Positions 55,241 to 57,005 of a stretch of DNA of 57,005 nt are shown here, piece by piece. Location: positions 1-57,005 of IMG/VR virus record IMGVR_UViG_3300025667_000005. The stretch is one strand, 5' to 3'. Each line of letters starts with the position of its first letter. Position 1 is the first letter of the stretch. Both the position numbers and the translations under genes were made by a program. A model generated the notes under the pieces. That model was not told where the DNA came from and ran no database searches. It was given only the letters and a program-made list of their open reading frames with translations. The stretch is from a virus (lineage: Duplodnaviria > Caudoviricetes).

Positions 55241-56790
55241 TAGAAAAGACCGAGTTGGTCGGGGTTTAGTTTGGACTTAATACTAGTCATGTCACTTTCT
55301 AGGACACCACTACGCATGGACGCTCGGCTTGGCTCGGCGGCGGGTGGGTGGGCAATCTCTAGATACGCCGTGTCGTGCAAGTGGTTGTAGTACGATGTTG
55401 GATCTGTTTTCTTAAGGTGATTTAAGTCTTTGTGTTCTTGCTTTATCTCTCTAACGTAGTCATCCCCACTACGACTTTGTATACGGTTCTCTTCCCACCC
55501 AATTCCTTGCGTAGCACTGGCAGGCAGGTGAACATCCTCTCCATATTGGTTGAAGGTTACAGCACCAACTATCTCCCCACCCCGACGGGTAGCGAGGTTG
55601 TTAAAGGCGTGTAGGGCATCGGAACCGGTAGGTACCTCTGGAACACCTTGACGAATACCCACCTGTAGGACGGCCATGTCGCTTGGTTGTTGATAGTCTA
55701 GAGGGAACTTACTATCTGAGGCTTTTTTAGCGAGAGCGGTACCTCGTCCCCCACGACCACCTTGTGGGGGTATGTACCTCTTCTGCCCAGTGGTGTCAGC
55801 GCCCTGCCAAGAGTCCTCTGCTGTGGCACCGTGTGGGGACAGTGTACTATCTTTAGGAATAGGTTCTATAGGATTACTACTTCGTGATCTTACAATCCGT
55901 TGCGTTGGAGTGAACCCCTCTGGGCGATTACTCTTATCAAGGCCCTCCTCATAGGAGCCAAGTCCCTCGGCTTGCGTAAAGGAAAGGGAACCTTGGTTAC
56001 GGTCACCTGTTAACTGTCGTGCTCTCGTTATGGCGTCCTCGTGCTGAAGGCTCCCCCACATGGAGTTTGCTATGTTGTGTTGGTACGATTTTAGTTTTGG
56101 TCCTTTGTTCAGTTCGGAGTGGTGGACCTCTCCACGAAGTACCTGTATAGCGCGGGTGGTTCCTAATGACATTGATTTTGATATATCAGTGGCCCCCAAT
56201 GTATCACTTGAGGTTTCTGATACTTTCAAGTGTTTACCCATTCCCGCATGCCATACTGTGGCATCTGGGTCACTGAGCGCCTCGTGTATGGATCGTAAAT
56301 TACGAACTTCCATCATGGGGGAGGACTTTACACTTAGAGCAGCGGAGGCCGCTGCTAGCACATGTATGTCGCGACCGGGAGCAGCGTCTCGCAACCCTTT
56401 ATTATGTTGATAGTACCAATCACCCCCACGCACTGGTTGACCCTCTACGTGTGCCCTTGTTACAGCCTCATCTACTAGACCTGCTCTACTATTGGCTGCT
56501 CTAGTTAGAGTTATTGGGATGTTTTTTATATGAGGCCCTATCTCAGATAGTTTGTCATAGTTTTTGCTAGCGCCTTTACGTGCGGCATCCTTATTACTTG
56601 GGTCGTCCCGTATAGCCGCAAACCTATCCAACGTGGGCTGCACGCGATCCGTAGCGGTGTTCCCATACTCTTTCAGGGCACGGGAAATAGCGTCTAGAGA
56701 CCGCTTAGGCATATCCTCTACTGTTGGGGGTACCAACTTATGCTTAGGAGTATCCTCATCTAAAGGACCCCCAGAGTTGGACTCTTCCAT
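55240..56790 (-). CDS. hypothetical protein with putative HhH-glycosylase-like (DUF7178-like) core
   Basis: WY...AALS...GPKLKSY..NI...EDSW...P...Q.IGW motif order recalled from that family. Confidence 0.5.
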   Translation of the reverse strand: MEESNSGGPLDEDTPKHKLVPPTVEDMPKRSLDAISRALKEYGNTATDRVQPTLDRFAAIRDDPSNKDAARKGASKNYDKLSEIGPHIKNIPITLTRAANSRAGLVDEAVTRAHVEGQPVRGGDWYYQHNKGLRDAAPGRDIHVLAAASAALSVKSSPMMEVRNLRSIHEALSDPDATVWHAGMGKHLKVSETSSDTLGATDISKSMSLGTTRAIQVLRGEVHHSELNKGPKLKSYQHNIANSMWGSLQHEDAITRARQLTGDRNQGSLSFTQAEGLGSYEEGLDKSNRPEGFTPTQRIVRSRSSNPIEPIPKDSTLSPHGATAEDSWQGADTTGQKRYIPPQGGRGGRGTALAKKASDSKFPLDYQQPSDMAVLQVGIRQGVPEVPTGSDALHAFNNLATRRGGEIVGAVTFNQYGEDVHLPASATQGIGWEENRIQSRSGDDYVREIKQEHKDLNHLKKTDPTSYYNHLHDTAYLEIAHPPAAEPSRASMRSGVLESDMTSIKSKLNPDQLGLF

Positions 56791-56821
56791 GTTCTACACC
56801 TTTCTTTCTGGTGTAGGGTAT

Positions 56822-57004
56822 TTAGTCGTTTACGCGAACGGCGTTCGGGCGATTCATGTGACCACCAGAGTTGAATGAACGTTCAAAGGTAGGCATGCCA
56901 TCACCGGCGACTACGCCTTCAACGAACTCGCCAAGAACTGATGGTGCTTCAATCCAAGAAGCCGAGCCAACATGTGCTCGTTCTGCCATCGTTTGTTCTG
57001 CTGG
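56822..57004 (-). CDS. hypothetical protein, 3' end only
   Basis: Open frame PAEQTMAERAHVGSASWIEAP...NAVRVND-stop entering from window edge. Confidence 0.75.
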   Translation of the reverse strand, partial: PAEQTMAERAHVGSASWIEAPSVLGEFVEGVVAGDGMPTFERSFNSGGHMNRPNAVRVND

Positions 57005-57005
57005 T

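Noticed and set aside
1-57005. tRNA genes, integrase, terminase, alternative genetic code
   Set aside because: No cloverleaf or motifs recognised; terminase probably lies beyond 57005; standard-code ORFs tile the window

Overview
The window is a gene-dense segment of a tailed dsDNA phage genome with a contractile tail. Every credible gene is on the minus strand. In transcription order (57005 to 1) it carries: pre-portal genes (a putative HhH-glycosylase-like internal protein, metallophosphoesterase, r1t-type holin); portal, scaffold and N4-gp56-type major capsid protein; a head/neck fibre; neck proteins; sheath, tube, tail chaperone, tape measure and baseplate genes with an embedded M15 endolysin; a replication/recombination block (HTH initiator, DnaC-like loader, DnaB, primase, SNF2, SSB, PolA, RecA, Cas4-like nuclease, two resolvase-like nucleases); SpoVS; a block of orphan genes; a degenerate TGT/DpdA-like protein; WhiB; a secreted Rpf-like transglycosylase; and an island of small early-type genes (DUF932, YodL-like, AP2-like). 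WhiB, the holin type and several apparently leaderless promoters point to an actinobacterial host (inference). I found no terminase, integrase, tRNA, CRISPR array or reverse transcriptase. The best leads are a predicted +1 frameshift (CUU-UUA) in the tail chaperone, a possible dormancy-manipulation set (Rpf-like, WhiB, SpoVS), a bistable structured intergenic RNA, an apparently dead TGT-like/HAD-like pair, and a shared terminal [LV]NP[DS]Q peptide motif. All family calls come from motif recognition by eye, not database searches.
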